NCBI GenBank assembly: GCA_013002925.1
Contig: JABDLQ010000184.1
Location: 1 to 43,889, forward strand
Direction: 5' to 3'
Source: Gammaproteobacteria bacterium
GTDB lineage: Bacteria; Pseudomonadota; Gammaproteobacteria; Steroidobacterales; SZUA-146
DNA length: 43,889 nucleotides
Shown here: positions 17,643 through 25,585 of the stretch, one piece after another
Layout: every line of letters starts with the position of its first letter
Position numbering within the stretch: position 1 is the first letter of the stretch
Translations under genes and position numbers: made by a program
The notes under the pieces: generated by a model
The model's input: the letters and a program-made list of their open reading frames with translations, nothing else
What the model was told of the DNA's origin: nothing
Databases searched by the model: none

Positions 17643-18743
17643 TCAAGGCCAATCCCGCGCTGGACTGATAAACGAACCATCAGTCAACTGTGCCAGTCGC
17701 CAGTACATCGGTGCAGCTCGTGCGTCGCCTTCCATTGGGAACAGGATGATGTTGACTGGAATTCCGCCTGCCAGGTTCCTTAATGCACTTTCAAAATGTT
17801 GAACGCGAGCTTTTGGCGATGCAGTCTTTCGAATTGGTAGCTTGTCACCCATCGTTGGCAGTCCGTCAACCAGTAGATAGATGTTGTCGGGTGGCGGACT
17901 CATATCGCGTGACACTTGCAAAGCGCGTGACAAACTGGTGCCTTTTGACGGCACCACTTCGTCAAGCCCCTGCAATGCCGCTGTCACCTGCTCAGGGTCC
18001 GCAGCATCCAGCCAGTCTCCTGCAGTTCCGTCGACGACCGGTCGGGCCGTCTGATTAAAGGTATAAATCTGAAACCCGATTTCTTTGGGTAACTTCGCAA
18101 TCAGCCAGCGCACGCTACCGACAGCGCGCCGCCACTTGACAGAGTTCCTTTGCTCCTGTTCCGACATGTTTCGCCGCCGGATAATATTTACGATAGTTTC
18201 ATCCAGCATGCTTGCAGAACTGTCCACCAGAAACAGTACTCTCTTGCCGCCAAGCTTGAGTCCTGTCAGATACAGGCGATCACCGGCGCCGATGATACGT
18301 TGCAAATCATCACCAACGTCATCCTGTTCCTGCTGACTACCCTGCAGTCGACGGGTAGCCTCTTCAAGACTTTTGATATCTGCCTTTAGCTTTTCAATGG
18401 CCTCACGTTCAGCTAACGTCGACTGATCCAGCCGCGCCAGCTCCGTTTTTTTGTCCTCAAGCACCTGCACTATCTGTTGAATCTGTCCTGCAATTTCAGA
18501 CTGGCGGCGCGTAACTGAATCGATTGTAGTGCGCAGTTCGAATAAATTTCGTTTTGACAATTCAACACGCTTGTCCATCAGGTTAACTTCAGAAATTAAT
18601 TTAACGTTAACCTGCGCATTAGTTTCTTTGGTGGCGTGATTGATAATCATAAAAAACAATACAACGGCACCGAAGCCACAACTCATGATGTCGAGAAACG
18701 ACAAACTGAAAACTGTAGCTTTACGCTTACGCCTGGCCATCAC
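17643..18743 (-). CDS. ExbD/TolR-like TM helix + coiled coil + vWA-domain protein (paralog 1)
   Basis: The N-terminus is MMARRKRKATVFSLSFLDIMSCGFGAVVLFFMI. About 120 aa of coiled coil follows. The vWA domain has a complete MIDAS set: DSSAS (LFLVDSSASM), GTS, and D in LLVDGLPT. The C-terminal motif TDGSF is shared with paralog 2 (NDGTF). Confidence 0.8.
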   Translation of the reverse strand: MMARRKRKATVFSLSFLDIMSCGFGAVVLFFMIINHATKETNAQVNVKLISEVNLMDKRVELSKRNLFELRTTIDSVTRRQSEIAGQIQQIVQVLEDKKTELARLDQSTLAEREAIEKLKADIKSLEEATRRLQGSQQEQDDVGDDLQRIIGAGDRLYLTGLKLGGKRVLFLVDSSASMLDETIVNIIRRRNMSEQEQRNSVKWRRAVGSVRWLIAKLPKEIGFQIYTFNQTARPVVDGTAGDWLDAADPEQVTAALQGLDEVVPSKGTSLSRALQVSRDMSPPPDNIYLLVDGLPTMGDKLPIRKTASPKARVQHFESALRNLAGGIPVNIILFPMEGDARAAPMYWRLAQLTDGSFISPARDWP

Positions 18744-20112
18744 TATCTACCTGCCGGATAATCCGCACTTCAATTCCGGGGTTACCGATTTGCACGCGAT
18801 CACCAACATTCAACGCTTGTGACCCGGACACACGTTTGCCATTGACGAACGTTCCATAGGTGCTTTTATCATCTATTACAACCTGCCCACCACGCTGACT
18901 GATCAGGCAATGCTGCCGGGAGATCCCTTTAACGACTCCACTGACCTGGTGGCCCCATTGATTGGCCGGCAAAGACGTCCCGAGCATCAGGGCCTCGTCC
19001 GATACCGGATACGCCAAGGCATCAACGAGCACATGAGTCCCTGCTTGCGCTACCCGCGAGGGAGAACTCGGGATCCGCCCGGTGTCCGTTGTCACCAGGC
19101 TGGGCGACGCTTGCCACGGTCGCTGCAATATCAGCGACAAATGCTCGTCGTCATGCACAAATGCATGGCTTTCCTGCAGTATATTTTTTGGCACGGCCAG
19201 TGGCGGTAGCTGCATGACACGGAATGCGGGATTGTGCTGTAGTTGGGCCATCAGCCCCGGTAAGTTTGCTACACGGGCGCTGAACATGACCGTCGTCACT
19301 TCACCCGCCAGTTCCCGTGCAGTTATTGCATTTATCACTGGCTGATACAGTCCCGCAACGGCACCCGCCAATGTGTCAGCGCTCAGCGTCGTTTCGTATT
19401 GCTTGTCTGCACTGGAAACGACGACATTGTCAGCGCCAGCGTTCAGAGTCTCGACAATACCGGGGATAGTGTCATACAACCACTGTTCCGAAGCTGCAGT
19501 ATGCATGGGATCAAAGCGGGTTGTTTTGACAAAGGTATCAGCTATGGCACTTGCCCATCGCGCTGTAAAATCCTTGAGACCAATGTTATGAAGTTGGGCT
19601 ACATCCGTGCGCCGCAACCCGTTCTCGACGCGCAGTTCCGTGATCAACAGGTTGTGTATCGTTGCATCAACGACCAACATACGGTTTCCGGGGACCGGAT
19701 GACTGACAGCCGCGAGTGCCGCATCCACGAGGCCACGCACCGGAATTTCTGCCCGCTCACAAATTCCCAGCAGCAATCCAAGTTGTTGCTTTGAAAAGCC
19801 TGGAGGTACGCCGATGATCACGTTGTCGGTAACCGCACGATATGGCTCATAAATACTTTGCAAATGCGTGTAGACAAGGTCTGCCGGAGTCAGCATGTTT
19901 GCAAAAGTCCGCTCGAGACGCTCCAGACTCAATTGTTGCCAAAAACTGCAGTTGATTTTACGGGGATGGATACGCGCCTGGGCAAAAGCCTCTGCGCCAA
20001 TCAGTAACTGCTCGTCATCCAGAACCGCGTAGCCTGGGCTCGCCTCCGCCACATGGGTCTCGGAAGCGGCAAGCACTCCCGAGTCATTGAGTTCCAGTGC
20101 CAGCAAGGCCAT
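18727..20112 (-). CDS. Hsp70/actin-fold-like N-terminal domain fused to a C-terminal FHA domain
   Basis: The ORF-track ORF runs to 20154. I prefer the ATG at 20112 (MALLALELNDSG...), 2 nt after the stop of the motA-like gene. ALELNDSGVL, IIGVPPGFSKQQ...AEIPVRGLVDAALAAV and LVVDATIHN align in order with Hsp70 phosphate-1, the VPAYF segment and phosphate-2, but the glycines are lost. The FHA core is GISRQHCLI...STYGTFVNGKRV...GDRVQIG. Confidence 0.78.
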   Translation of the reverse strand: MALLALELNDSGVLAASETHVAEASPGYAVLDDEQLLIGAEAFAQARIHPRKINCSFWQQLSLERLERTFANMLTPADLVYTHLQSIYEPYRAVTDNVIIGVPPGFSKQQLGLLLGICERAEIPVRGLVDAALAAVSHPVPGNRMLVVDATIHNLLITELRVENGLRRTDVAQLHNIGLKDFTARWASAIADTFVKTTRFDPMHTAASEQWLYDTIPGIVETLNAGADNVVVSSADKQYETTLSADTLAGAVAGLYQPVINAITARELAGEVTTVMFSARVANLPGLMAQLQHNPAFRVMQLPPLAVPKNILQESHAFVHDDEHLSLILQRPWQASPSLVTTDTGRIPSSPSRVAQAGTHVLVDALAYPVSDEALMLGTSLPANQWGHQVSGVVKGISRQHCLISQRGGQVVIDDKSTYGTFVNGKRVSGSQALNVGDRVQIGNPGIEVRIIRQVDSDGQA

Positions 20113-20114
20113 CG

Positions 20115-20912
20115 CTAACGCACCTGCAGCTGACTGACAAGGCGTTCGTCGCAATAATGTTCGGTGTCAAGCACCAGTCGTTCCTGCACGAGGGTTAGCT
20201 GATGCAACAGGAACATCAAAATGATACTGAGCAACAACGCTATAAACGTGGAATTAAACGCCACACCAAGACTGGCGGTAACGCCAGTGATATCACCTTC
20301 TACTGCTTTGTGGGCCTGACCGAGAGCTTCACCAATACCACGAACAGTACCTATAAAACCGATCGACGGGATCGCCCAGGCAATGTATCGCACCAGCGAC
20401 AATTCAGAATCCAGTCGGTCTGATTCGCCTTCGCAAAGCGTCCGCACGACTGTCGACACATCTTGGATATTGCGAGTCGAACGAAACCGGTGCAACGCGC
20501 TCAACAGCACGCGAGGCAGCAACAAGCCCGATTGATCCACCGGGAGTTCCTGCACAGTCCGCGAATAGGAACGGGTGTCTTCCGGTAGAATACTGACCCC
20601 CTCTGCAAGTGGAATCAGATCTTTTTCAAGCATTCGTCCTTCTTTGGTCGTCAGCGCAGCCTTGTATCCCATGATGGCAAGCGCCCAAAAAAACAATATA
20701 AAACAACATTCCTGTTCAAGGTCCTTGATCAGGATATACGGTGATCGTTCCGGGACATAATTTTCGTCTGCAGCGATCTGTTCAAGTTGCTGGGCGCGGA
20801 TATCGGCAGCTTTTGGGCGTATGACCAGTGTATAAACACCATGCACAATGACAATGGCAGTAATCAGTGCAAATATCTGGTAGGCAAACTCAATCGGTAA
20901 TTTTCGGTTCAT
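20115..20912 (-). CDS. MotA/TolQ/ExbB-family proton-channel protein
   Basis: 265 aa with N-terminal TM segments. The family-defining C-terminal pair of TM helices carries AIPSIGFIGTVRGIGEALG and LGVAFNSTFIALLLSIILMFLL. Confidence 0.85.
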   Translation of the reverse strand: MNRKLPIEFAYQIFALITAIVIVHGVYTLVIRPKAADIRAQQLEQIAADENYVPERSPYILIKDLEQECCFILFFWALAIMGYKAALTTKEGRMLEKDLIPLAEGVSILPEDTRSYSRTVQELPVDQSGLLLPRVLLSALHRFRSTRNIQDVSTVVRTLCEGESDRLDSELSLVRYIAWAIPSIGFIGTVRGIGEALGQAHKAVEGDITGVTASLGVAFNSTFIALLLSIILMFLLHQLTLVQERLVLDTEHYCDERLVSQLQVR

Positions 20913-20930
20913 TCTGGACAGCCTGGATGT

Positions 20931-21155
20931 TTAGATATCAATCGGAAATGAAATTTCGGTATCAGCATTGATTTTTTCCGAGGGAACGAATCGATCCTGC
21001 CTGGTTGCTGGCGCCGTTGTGGACTCAACCTCTTCCTCTGCAGTTGTCACGGCGGATTCATCTTCCTGACTCTCATCCTGCGCCGCGCTCAAAAGCGCAA
21101 ATGAAAGGCTGACAACTCCCAGCACGGTTTTTACGATCAGACCAAAATCTTTCAT
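20931..21155 (-). CDS. Small acidic secreted protein (74 aa)
   Basis: It has a signal peptide (VLGVVSLSFALLSAAQ) followed by an E/D/T-rich mature part ending in ISFPIDI. Its start is about 3 nt after the upstream stop. There is no homology-based call. Confidence 0.55.
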   Translation of the reverse strand: MKDFGLIVKTVLGVVSLSFALLSAAQDESQEDESAVTTAEEEVESTTAPATRQDRFVPSEKINADTEISFPIDI

Positions 21156-21158
21156 GAA

Positions 21159-23222
21159 TTACTCCAAATATCGACCAATCCGGAAGCCGAGATCAGGACG
21201 TCCCTGATCGGATGAGTCACGGTAAGTCGGCCGTAGCTCGCTGATTCTCGAATGTTGCCAGCTGGAGCCCCGAATCACATAGGCCGGCTGTGCCGGTGTA
21301 TTCGTTGCGAACGCGCTGGATCTGTAAATATCCTGAGTCCATTCAGAAACATTTCCCGCCATATCATAAAGGCCTGCAGGATCAGCGGCAAAATTTGCCA
21401 CCGGTGATGTGGCCGGAAAACCATCCACATAATTATCTATGACAGCACTTGTCAGTCCGAGTGCAGTGCGATCTGCGAAATTTCCAAAATCTGTCGGGGG
21501 CGTTACATCCTCGCCCCAGGGAAACAGAGTTAACTCGCGGTTTCCGGAAAAGCGCGCGGCCCAGGCCCATTCCGCCTCGCTCAGCAGGCGATAACCTATG
21601 TTTTTTGGCTCCGCCGGTTGCATGCGCCCACCCGCCCTGACATAGGCGGGCGGCAGGCCCTCCTGTTGACTCAGCCAGTTGCAGTATTGTGCTGCATCAT
21701 CCCAGGTCACGTTAACCACCGGATGATCGGGCGCATCCAGCGACACGCTAAAAAACATTCCGGAAGAATGTTCCGGGCGGAAGGCTTTAAATCGCTCGTT
21801 GGTTACTTCCTGTGTGCCGATGTAATACATGCGCGTGAGTTCAACTTTGCGCAATTGCTCATTGGATCGTCGGCCACGCACGCGTCTTGACGCACCCATC
21901 GAAAAAGCATGGGGCCTCATCAATATCAGCGTTTGACCGTCAGCAGTCTGAATTTTCGCCTTGCGTGCAAGCTCCGCTTCACGCGCCTCTTCCAGCGTCA
22001 GCAGTTTGACTGCAATCTCCTGCGGGGCTGCAGGTTTTGGTAATACGGTAATGAACGCCGGCGCGTACCCGGCGGCGCGAATTTCGAGTTGCTGATCACG
22101 CGCAGGAAGCTCGAGTTGTGCACCCGCCAGGCCAATCTGTTCGCCTGCGCTCCATACGCTTGCGCCAGATGGCGCATTAATCACGGTAATCAACCCTACT
22201 TGCGGGACCAGGGACCATTCCAGGTTGATATCTTCGTTGCTCGCTACTTTGATCGTTTCACTTATCTTGTCATACCCCACTTTCGTGACAGCAAGGGTAT
22301 AACTTTGTCCAGGCGGCAATTTCAACGTGCGCGGAGTGAGCCCGTAGTAACGCCCATCGATACTGATTGCCGCAGCCGCAGGTGTGGTTGACACTGTGAT
22401 GGATCCATCGGCTTTTTTCATCACGATGTCAGTCAATTCAAGGCGTTGCTCTGCCGCCAGGTTAAGCGTTTTAAACCAGCGTTTGTAGCCTGGCGCCCGC
22501 AGTGAAAGCCGATGCTCACCGGCAAGAATCTCAAACGTACCGGGAGTGTGACCGACAAGCGTTTCGCCAACATAGACGTTGGCAGTCACGGGCAGCGTTG
22601 AAATTTGCACGTCCGCCCAGTTTGGCCGTAAATCAACGGTTATCGTTTGGGATCGGCCAAGACCTTCTACCGTGACGTTGCCTGTCCAGGGCTGAAACCG
22701 CGGAGCTTCCACCTGCACAGGATAGTCGCCTGCGGGCACTTCGACAGTTCCATGCATATCCTTCAGGGTGACTTCATCGCCGACCCGTATCACCGCATTC
22801 GTGACATTGTCAGCAAACTCGAAATTCAGCTTGCCGGGAAGCTTTTTCAGCGTCAATTGAAATTTTTGAATGGCTTCGTCGTCGATCCGCAATGATTCGT
22901 GCAATGGATAGTAACCGGCCTTGTTTGCACTGACCTCAATTTCCCCCGGCAGCACAAGATAATGATCCTTCCAGGCGATTTGCAGCAACCCCGCTGAAAT
23001 ATTCAAGGTGTCAGCCCCGGGCTCGACCTGCACCCAGACAGACCGCGCTGCAAACACAAACCACAGCGCAAACAGCAGCGCTGCCAGCAAAGATAACGCC
23101 ATAACTTTTTTTGCACTCCAGCGCTTCTTCCGGACTTGCTCGGGAGCGCTTGGGGAATAATCAACGACTTCGATCGGACTAGCATGATCGGCCCCACCTG
23201 ATGTGGTGGCATCTGCCGGCAT
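21159..23222 (-). CDS. Membrane-anchored periplasmic protein: about five PEGA-like repeats + C-terminal FGE/SUMF1 (formylglycine-generating-enzyme-like) domain
   Basis: The N-terminal anchor is KKVMALSLLAALLFALWFVFAA. Repeated PEGA-type strands are KAGYYP, APRFQPW, APGYKRW, KVGYDKI and AAGYAP. FGE-domain motifs are NVTWDDAAQYCNWLS, YRLLSEAEWAWAAR, FPWG, GNVSEWTQD, IRGSSW and LGFRI. Confidence 0.85.
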   Translation of the reverse strand: MPADATTSGGADHASPIEVVDYSPSAPEQVRKKRWSAKKVMALSLLAALLFALWFVFAARSVWVQVEPGADTLNISAGLLQIAWKDHYLVLPGEIEVSANKAGYYPLHESLRIDDEAIQKFQLTLKKLPGKLNFEFADNVTNAVIRVGDEVTLKDMHGTVEVPAGDYPVQVEAPRFQPWTGNVTVEGLGRSQTITVDLRPNWADVQISTLPVTANVYVGETLVGHTPGTFEILAGEHRLSLRAPGYKRWFKTLNLAAEQRLELTDIVMKKADGSITVSTTPAAAAISIDGRYYGLTPRTLKLPPGQSYTLAVTKVGYDKISETIKVASNEDINLEWSLVPQVGLITVINAPSGASVWSAGEQIGLAGAQLELPARDQQLEIRAAGYAPAFITVLPKPAAPQEIAVKLLTLEEAREAELARKAKIQTADGQTLILMRPHAFSMGASRRVRGRRSNEQLRKVELTRMYYIGTQEVTNERFKAFRPEHSSGMFFSVSLDAPDHPVVNVTWDDAAQYCNWLSQQEGLPPAYVRAGGRMQPAEPKNIGYRLLSEAEWAWAARFSGNRELTLFPWGEDVTPPTDFGNFADRTALGLTSAVIDNYVDGFPATSPVANFAADPAGLYDMAGNVSEWTQDIYRSSAFATNTPAQPAYVIRGSSWQHSRISELRPTYRDSSDQGRPDLGFRIGRYLE

Positions 23223-25517
23223 CTATATGCGCTCCCGGCACATGATTTCATACCGGACGTCTGTCTCCCCGGGTGCCAACGCAATCGTCACGCGGACATC
23301 GCGAAACCCGGCACGTGTACCGACAGCGGTATATTCTCCGGGTCGCAATTCCAGCGTTCGACTGTTGAACGTGCCCATTTTACCCACCCGGTACACGGTC
23401 ACGTCAGTAGCCCCATCGGAGTTCAACGTCACGGTTACCGGCTGCCGGGTAAGCGCCATCAGGTTGCGTAGTTCTGCGGCTTGAGCATCCAGCCTGGCAT
23501 CACCGGCGTACGGTTGCAGACGAGTGAGCAATGCTTGCGCGCTGTTGTACGCACTGGCACTGGTCAATCGCATGGGTTCGCCAAGCAATGTTTGCAACTC
23601 TTCTTCCACATCTGCACGATTGCGCACACGGCGCACACCGTCACGGGCGCTTTGCAACGTGGGGTCCTGCTCCAGCGCCGCCTTGTACTGGCGCTCCGCT
23701 GCGCGCCAATCACCCCGTCCTTCCAGCACGCGCGCCTCCCCTTCCAGCCGATTGACGTCCTGCAATCGCACTGCGGTATCAAGCTGTTGCAACGCTTCTG
23801 TCACCTCACTGGCACCCGGGCGCAGTGAGCGCGCTCGTTCAAATGCACGGCGTGCGCGATCAAAATCAGATTTTTCGAGTGCTGCAAAACCTGCTGACAT
23901 ATGTCCGGAAAACGCACGTCTGGCACGCTGCCGCTGGATTCTGTTAATACCGTCGGTGGCGGCCTGCCACTGTGCATCCAGTTCCCCGGCTTGTTGATAG
24001 GCCGTCAGCGCCGCATCGTAGTCACCTGACTGCTCCAGTTCTTCCGCGCGGTCAACCAGAGCCAGTACTTCGTCAAGATTGGCAGCGCGTTCGAGACCCG
24101 TCTGAGCGCGCTCTGATGTCGCATCGATTTGCAGTACCGTCGAATATTTTTGATCTGCCAGAGCAGCATCTCCTGCAGCGATTGCGGCATCCGCTTCAGC
24201 CAGTGTGTCGGTCACAATCGTATCTGCGATGTCGCTCAGGTCCGCAGCGATGTCATGGCCCTCTGAGTATTTTGCCAGCGCTTGCTCATATTTTTTCTGC
24301 CGAAACAGTTGATCGCCAGCGATCGCCGCTTGCTTGATCTGATCAAAGCGCTCGGGTGCCCATACGATGGCCTTTTTGTCGTCGAGATAAAACTGTTTAT
24401 CGAGCAACTGTTCGAGCATTGACTCCGCGTCTTTTCGCATTTTGGCCTGCTGCGCCAGCTTCCATGGTTCAATATCAGTTGCCCGAGGTGGGCTCTGGGT
24501 GGCAACAGGTGCTGGCGTCACCGCAGAAGTGGGGGCATCGGCAGATGCGGTTACGGGTTCACGTTCGCCGACCCACCGAGGCACAACATAAAATAATGCA
24601 ACGAGTCCAATGAACCCATAGAGCAGGAGCAATGGCACCAGTCGTTTATGGCGTGTTGGCGGCGGCGCGGCGGCGCCGTGCGAAGCAGTGGAATTATTAC
24701 CCGGGTCAATCACCTCGATTCTGTCGTCTTCGGCTGTATCAAAGACAAACTCATCCGGGGGTACGGTCACATTGCCTTGCTCATCCAGTGCCTGACGCAA
24801 TGCGTCCGCAACAATTGCCATCCGGGCGGGACGCTGCTGAGCATCCGGATGCATGAGTTGCTCAACAAGTTCAGAAAGCGTGGCCCCCAGGTTCAGCGGA
24901 GGGCCTTCCTCATCCGGCCATCGACCTTCGGCCAATCGATACAACGCAACACCGAACGCATACATATCGTCACCGGGCTCGGGCGGCTCACCGTCACGTT
25001 GCGCCGGACTCATACTGCGCGAAGAACCACCACTGCGAAGCCCGGCGGCTCCCGATTCAGAGGCAATGCCAAAATCAATCAAGCGGGTATGTTTACGCTC
25101 GTCGAACAAAAAATTGCTCAGCTTTATATCGCGATGCACGATGCCCTGTTGATGTACATGGTCAAGTGCCTCTGCAATCTGGATTAGCGCCGGGAGAAAT
25201 TGTGCGTGGGGTCTGCCCGCGAGTTTTTCCAGGCTGCCACCGCTGAGATATTCGAGAGTGAGATAGGTAAAATTGTCATCAGCATGACACTCAAACGCAC
25301 GCACAATACCGGAATGAACACAACGCCCACACTGAGCAAATTCATTTTTTAAGAGGTTAACGCCGGTCACATCATCGCTGTTCGCGATTTTTATGGCCAC
25401 CCGCGACTTGAGCTGGTCATCCCGGGCAAGCCACACCTGGCAATGGGCGCTGGTGTGTAATAGCGCGAGAAGTGTATAACGGTCAGAAATTCGACGACCT
25501 TTCGCAAGAGGTTCCAT
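23223..25517 (-). CDS. Transmembrane Hanks-type Ser/Thr protein kinase with periplasmic TPR-like repeats and a C-terminal PEGA domain
   Basis: Kinase motifs are VAIK, HRDIKLSNFLF and DFGIA. The Gly-rich loop is degenerate (LHTSAHCQVW). The TM segment is LVPLLLLYGFIGLVALFYVV. Helical repeats rich in A/L/Q/Y follow. The C-terminus reads LELRPGEYTAVGTRAGFRDVRVTI (PEGA-like). Its stop TAG is directly followed by the next ATG. Confidence 0.85.
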   Translation of the reverse strand: MEPLAKGRRISDRYTLLALLHTSAHCQVWLARDDQLKSRVAIKIANSDDVTGVNLLKNEFAQCGRCVHSGIVRAFECHADDNFTYLTLEYLSGGSLEKLAGRPHAQFLPALIQIAEALDHVHQQGIVHRDIKLSNFLFDERKHTRLIDFGIASESGAAGLRSGGSSRSMSPAQRDGEPPEPGDDMYAFGVALYRLAEGRWPDEEGPPLNLGATLSELVEQLMHPDAQQRPARMAIVADALRQALDEQGNVTVPPDEFVFDTAEDDRIEVIDPGNNSTASHGAAAPPPTRHKRLVPLLLLYGFIGLVALFYVVPRWVGEREPVTASADAPTSAVTPAPVATQSPPRATDIEPWKLAQQAKMRKDAESMLEQLLDKQFYLDDKKAIVWAPERFDQIKQAAIAGDQLFRQKKYEQALAKYSEGHDIAADLSDIADTIVTDTLAEADAAIAAGDAALADQKYSTVLQIDATSERAQTGLERAANLDEVLALVDRAEELEQSGDYDAALTAYQQAGELDAQWQAATDGINRIQRQRARRAFSGHMSAGFAALEKSDFDRARRAFERARSLRPGASEVTEALQQLDTAVRLQDVNRLEGEARVLEGRGDWRAAERQYKAALEQDPTLQSARDGVRRVRNRADVEEELQTLLGEPMRLTSASAYNSAQALLTRLQPYAGDARLDAQAAELRNLMALTRQPVTVTLNSDGATDVTVYRVGKMGTFNSRTLELRPGEYTAVGTRAGFRDVRVTIALAPGETDVRYEIMCRERI

Positions 25518-25585
25518 ATCAGATGTCGCATTCAGTGGTTAGTTATTAATCGGGAACACCGGTGTGGATCGGGGCTTTAAAAAAA

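Noticed and set aside
25556-25565. 10-bp perfect palindrome ACACCGGTGT in the 68-bp gap upstream of the kinase gene
   Set aside because: It is too short and unique to call an operator, and it cannot form a hairpin because there is no loop. It is noted only as a site to check if the region is footprinted.
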